Below are positions 60,597-64,000 of a stretch of 64,000 nt of DNA, piece by piece. The DNA is from Bacilli bacterium (GTDB lineage Bacteria > Bacillota_I > Bacilli_A > ML615J-28 > CAG-698): positions 352,001-416,000 of the forward strand of contig JBMNLZ010000002.1 in the NCBI GenBank assembly GCA_050953065.1, read 5' to 3'. Under the pieces are notes generated by a model. That model was not told the DNA's origin, ran no database searches, and worked only from the letters and a program-made list of their open reading frames with translations. How positions within the stretch are numbered: position 1 is the stretch's first letter; the number at the start of each line of letters is the position of its first letter. The position numbers and the translations under genes are program-made.

Positions 60597-61988
60597 ATGA
60601 ATAATAATTTTAATAACCAAAACCAGTATAATAATCCATATTATAATCAAAACCAACAACAGCATCCTAATCAACAACAAAATCAAAATAATCCATCTAG
60701 AAGTAGTTATGTAGGATATCAAAGACCAAATTTTAATACTCCTAGTAATCAATCTAATTATCAAAATCAATTTGCAAGAGGAAACTATGATCAATATGGT
60801 AGACCAATAAGAACACCATATGAGAGTCCATATCCAAGGCCAAGTGTTGATAATAATAGGTTTAATCAAAATCAATTTAGAAACGATAATCAATATAATA
60901 TTCCAAATGATGAACAGGTTAGAAGAGAAAATCAATATAATAGGCCAAGTGATAATCAATCTAGATTAAGAGATAGTAATTATCTAGGATATCAAAAACC
61001 AAACTATAATATTCCAAGTAATGTAAATCAACCTAATTATCCAAATCAATATGGTTTTAATCCATTTAAAGCACAAGATAATACATATCAGTCTCCTGTC
61101 AAAGAACCAGTTGATAATTCATTTTTAAGACAGTATTTAAAATCAAATCCATTTTTTCATGATAATAAAAAAAATGATTTTGGTCAGTTGTATTTAGATG
61201 ATTTCTTTATTAGAGTTAGAAACAAAGAATTTAGTGTTGATGAGTTAATGAAGAATGTGGCTTATTCTGAAGAAAGAAAACTTAAATACATTAAAAAAAC
61301 TTTAAAAGCTTGGAAAAAAGAATACAAACAAAAGAAAAAAGAAGTTGTTAAGGTAACTAAACATACTCAAGAAATAACAGGAGATGTTGTTTGTAAGAAG
61401 GTAAAACTAAAACATAGAATTACTTTAGCAGTATTTCTAACAATCATTCTAATCTTTGGTTTTGCGCAAGGAAATTTATGGGATTCTTTAAGTAATAATA
61501 ATTTCTTTTATAGAGTCCAAGATACATTAAATAATTTCTTTGAAGCAACTGTTTGGGCTAGAGTCTTAGTAAACTTAACAGTTTATTCAATAGTTGGAGT
61601 ATTTGCGTTTTCACTTTTACTTAAATTTATTATAAGAGATTATAGAAAATATTGTGCGAAAGCTAAAAGTACTTTTAGAGAAAAAAAACATCGTCTAGAA
61701 AGAAACTTTTCTTCTAAATATAGAAAAGTTAAAAGACATTGTTATAAAAGATGCAAAGATGAAGATTATACAAAAAAACTCGATATGATGTATATCGGAG
61801 TTGAAGAAGATGATTTAGAAATGATGAATAAAATTAATAGCATTTATACTGAAAGTATTGCTAGAGTTAAAAGACTTAAACCTATATTATTCTTTTCAAA
61901 ATGGTTTTTAATTTTATCTTCATATTTAGGTTCTTTTATCATAATATTGTGTGTTATAATTGAAGTATTAAGAAAGGTAGTTTTTTAA
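60597..61988 (+). CDS. Hypothetical membrane protein with an N/Q/Y-rich low-complexity N-terminus
   Basis: GGGAGG RBS before ATG 60597; ~170 aa rich in N/Q/Y/P/R, then a basic helix and 3 TM segments. Confidence 0.75.
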   Translation: MNNNFNNQNQYNNPYYNQNQQQHPNQQQNQNNPSRSSYVGYQRPNFNTPSNQSNYQNQFARGNYDQYGRPIRTPYESPYPRPSVDNNRFNQNQFRNDNQYNIPNDEQVRRENQYNRPSDNQSRLRDSNYLGYQKPNYNIPSNVNQPNYPNQYGFNPFKAQDNTYQSPVKEPVDNSFLRQYLKSNPFFHDNKKNDFGQLYLDDFFIRVRNKEFSVDELMKNVAYSEERKLKYIKKTLKAWKKEYKQKKKEVVKVTKHTQEITGDVVCKKVKLKHRITLAVFLTIILIFGFAQGNLWDSLSNNNFFYRVQDTLNNFFEATVWARVLVNLTVYSIVGVFAFSLLLKFIIRDYRKYCAKAKSTFREKKHRLERNFSSKYRKVKRHCYKRCKDEDYTKKLDMMYIGVEEDDLEMMNKINSIYTESIARVKRLKPILFFSKWFLILSSYLGSFIIILCVIIEVLRKVVF

Positions 61989-62006
61989 AAAACAGGAGGG
62001 TAATTC

Positions 62007-64000
62007 ATGAATAGTGAAAAAATCAAAAAAGAAACAGCTAAATTAGATAAAAAAGAAGTAGAATTAGAAAATCAGCTCCAAAAAGAATTAGCTGAAGCTT
62101 TGAAGTTAAAAGAAGAAATAGAAAAAGAAAGAGAAAAAGCTTTGAAGATGGCTGAACGTGAAAAACAACGTCAAGCTGAAAGAGAAAGAAAAGCTATAGA
62201 ACGTGAAAAAGAAAAAGAAAGATTAAGAAAAGAAAAAGAAAAAGAAAAAGAGCGTGAAAAGAAACGCCGTGAAAGAGAAAAAATCAAAGCTAAAGAAAAG
62301 GCTATAAGAGATAAAGAAAAAGCCAAAGAACAAGCTAAACTTCAAGCTCAAAAAGAAAAAGAACAAGCTAAACTTAAAGCTCAAAGAGAAAAAGAAAAAG
62401 AGAAAGAAAGATTAAGAAAAGAAAAAGAAAAAGCATCAGGCAAAGTTGCTGCAGTTAAACCAAAAGCTAAAAAAGCAACAGTAACTAAAACAACTGCTAA
62501 GAAGAAAGTTCCAACAGCAGTTTCGAGAGCAAAGAGTGCTAAAGCTCGTGAGGAACTAATTAAGAAAGTAGTTGAAGAAGTTGCATCTGAAGAGGTAGTA
62601 GCAACTACTCCAGTTGTAGAAGAAGTTGTAGCTCCTAAAGTTAAAGCAAAAGAACCAATTGTAGCTGAAGCATCTGACTTTACTTTCATTTCTAAAGAAG
62701 AAGCTGAAAAACCTGCAGCTAATCCTTTCCCAACTTCAACTAATAGAGAATTTAAACCAATTGAAGTTAAACAAGAAGCTTCATTTAAAGATGCTTCTGA
62801 AGATGATGAAGAATCTATTTTAGAAGAAGCAAGAAAGAAAGCAGGAGATGGAGATTTAGAAGATCTAAGAAGACGTCGCCTAGCTGCTCAAGAATTCTTA
62901 CGTGCTAAACAAAGTGAAGCTATTAAAACGCCTAAGATTGAGCCTGTTAAAATTGCTGGTATTGATTTAGATTTAGCACTTGAAGCAGATGATTCATGTG
63001 GTGAGGTTACTGCAGTTGATAATTCTGAATTTGTTGAAAAGATCGAAGAATTAGAAACAGTTAATAAAGAATTATCTGATAAATTAGAATTACTAGAATT
63101 AGGTAGTCAAGATTTAGAAGTTAAGATTAAAGAACTTGATACAATCAATAAAGATTTTGAAGCTAAAGTAGTGCAATTAGAAACTGCTAATAAAGAAGTT
63201 TTAGAAAAGAATATTTCTCTTGAAACTAAATATGCTAAACTTGAAGCTAAATATGAAGCTTTAGAAAAACTATCTTTAGGTGTTCAAAGTCAAATTGATG
63301 CTTTAGTTAAGCAATTAGAATTATTAAAAAATCCAAGTGCAATTGAACCACTTGAGAGAAAGACTTCTCAAAAAGATTTAATTGAAGCAGAACTTTCAAA
63401 GAAAGCTAAAATTATAACTGAATATTTAGAAGCAGAAGCTGAATATAAAGAAAAGTTAACTAATATTGGCTCTCGTAAGGAACAAAAATTAATTTCTAAT
63501 TCTGAATATGAAATTATGAGGGATGAAATTTTATATGAAATTAAAATTCTACAAAAAGAACGAGTTGAATTTGAAGTAAAATATGAAGCCCTACTAGCTG
63601 AGTTAAAATTTACTGATAGGGAAGCTCATGCCAAATGGGAAGCAAAGGGGATTGTTAAAAAGGCAACTCCTATAGAAACAGTAAAAGAAACTTCAAAACC
63701 AAAAGAAGAAAGTAAACAAATGTTTACTGATAAAACAATAGTTGTAAAAGATGATATCTTAAAGTTAGAAAATGATATTAAAATTTTAAGTACTGAATTT
63801 ACTTTAACTAATGAAAAGATTACAGAAATTGAAGAAGAGTTAAAGAAACAAAAAAGTTTTGAAAACGAATTAAAGAATTCAAGTGAAGCAATGAAGGAAT
63901 TCCAAAGTTATTTATTTAATTTAAATAAATTAATTCTTTTATTAGAAAATCAAAAAGTAAAAACTTTAAAATACAAGAAAGATTTAGAAAATGTTTCAGA
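62007..64000 (+). CDS. Large ER/K-rich and coiled-coil protein, 3'-partial (absent from the ORF track)
   Basis: AGGAGGG RBS, ATG 62007; reads MNSEKIKKETAKLDKKEVELE...EREKEKERLRKEKEKEKERE... with no stop seen before the window end. Confidence 0.85.
   Translation, partial: MNSEKIKKETAKLDKKEVELENQLQKELAEALKLKEEIEKEREKALKMAEREKQRQAERERKAIEREKEKERLRKEKEKEKEREKKRREREKIKAKEKAIRDKEKAKEQAKLQAQKEKEQAKLKAQREKEKEKERLRKEKEKASGKVAAVKPKAKKATVTKTTAKKKVPTAVSRAKSAKAREELIKKVVEEVASEEVVATTPVVEEVVAPKVKAKEPIVAEASDFTFISKEEAEKPAANPFPTSTNREFKPIEVKQEASFKDASEDDEESILEEARKKAGDGDLEDLRRRRLAAQEFLRAKQSEAIKTPKIEPVKIAGIDLDLALEADDSCGEVTAVDNSEFVEKIEELETVNKELSDKLELLELGSQDLEVKIKELDTINKDFEAKVVQLETANKEVLEKNISLETKYAKLEAKYEALEKLSLGVQSQIDALVKQLELLKNPSAIEPLERKTSQKDLIEAELSKKAKIITEYLEAEAEYKEKLTNIGSRKEQKLISNSEYEIMRDEILYEIKILQKERVEFEVKYEALLAELKFTDREAHAKWEAKGIVKKATPIETVKETSKPKEESKQMFTDKTIVVKDDILKLENDIKILSTEFTLTNEKITEIEEELKKQKSFENELKNSSEAMKEFQSYLFNLNKLILLLENQKVKTLKYKKDLENVS

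Noticed and set aside
4155-62689. Short minus-strand and alternate-frame ORFs in the track (e.g. 4155-4409, 5896-6147, 16810-17145, 21308-21688, 24975-25406, 60579-60959, 62381-62689)
   Set aside because: All overlap well-supported + strand genes and look like antisense shadows produced by codon bias. None shows family motifs.
1-64000. Alternative genetic code (TGA=Trp) as in Mycoplasmatales
   Set aside because: Conserved genes (pyrH, dxr, tsaE, tsaB) end at TGA at the expected lengths, and Trp is encoded by TGG.

Overview
AT-rich chromosomal window, read in genetic code 11 (TGA is used as a stop, TGG as Trp). It most likely comes from an Acholeplasmatales/Izemoplasmatales-like member of the Bacilli; this is inferred from gene content and the many InlB-B-repeat and BspA-LRR lipoproteins. 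All genes except hflX lie on the + strand. Housekeeping blocks are: T-box-thrS, trmFO-xerC-dut, rpsB-tsf-pyrH-frr-(lipoprotein)-uppS-cdsA-dxr-rseP-nagA, hflX, degV, cdaA, ispDF, nifU, pgi and tsaE-tsaB-rimI-tsaD. These are interleaved with surface lipoproteins (LRR, Ig-like, CHAP, ComEC-like MBL, GHL10, beta-propeller). I found no rRNA, tRNA, CRISPR array, intact transposase or prophage. Most notable: (1) an unannotated stand-alone 16-codon gene (MAKEVKKAAPAPAKKK) with its own consensus promoter, RBS and terminator; (2) a degenerate DUF4011/SF1-helicase gene closely coupled to ankyrin and diadenylate cyclase genes, followed by a degenerate-GGDEF membrane protein; (3) a 14.8-24 kb cassette-like array whose genes share an N-terminal module and are delimited by copies of one hairpin, next to a mini inverted-repeat element; (4) a lineage-specific operon encoding a prion-like N/Q-rich membrane protein and a very large ER/K and coiled-coil protein. 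All assignments are by eye from motifs; no database searches were run.
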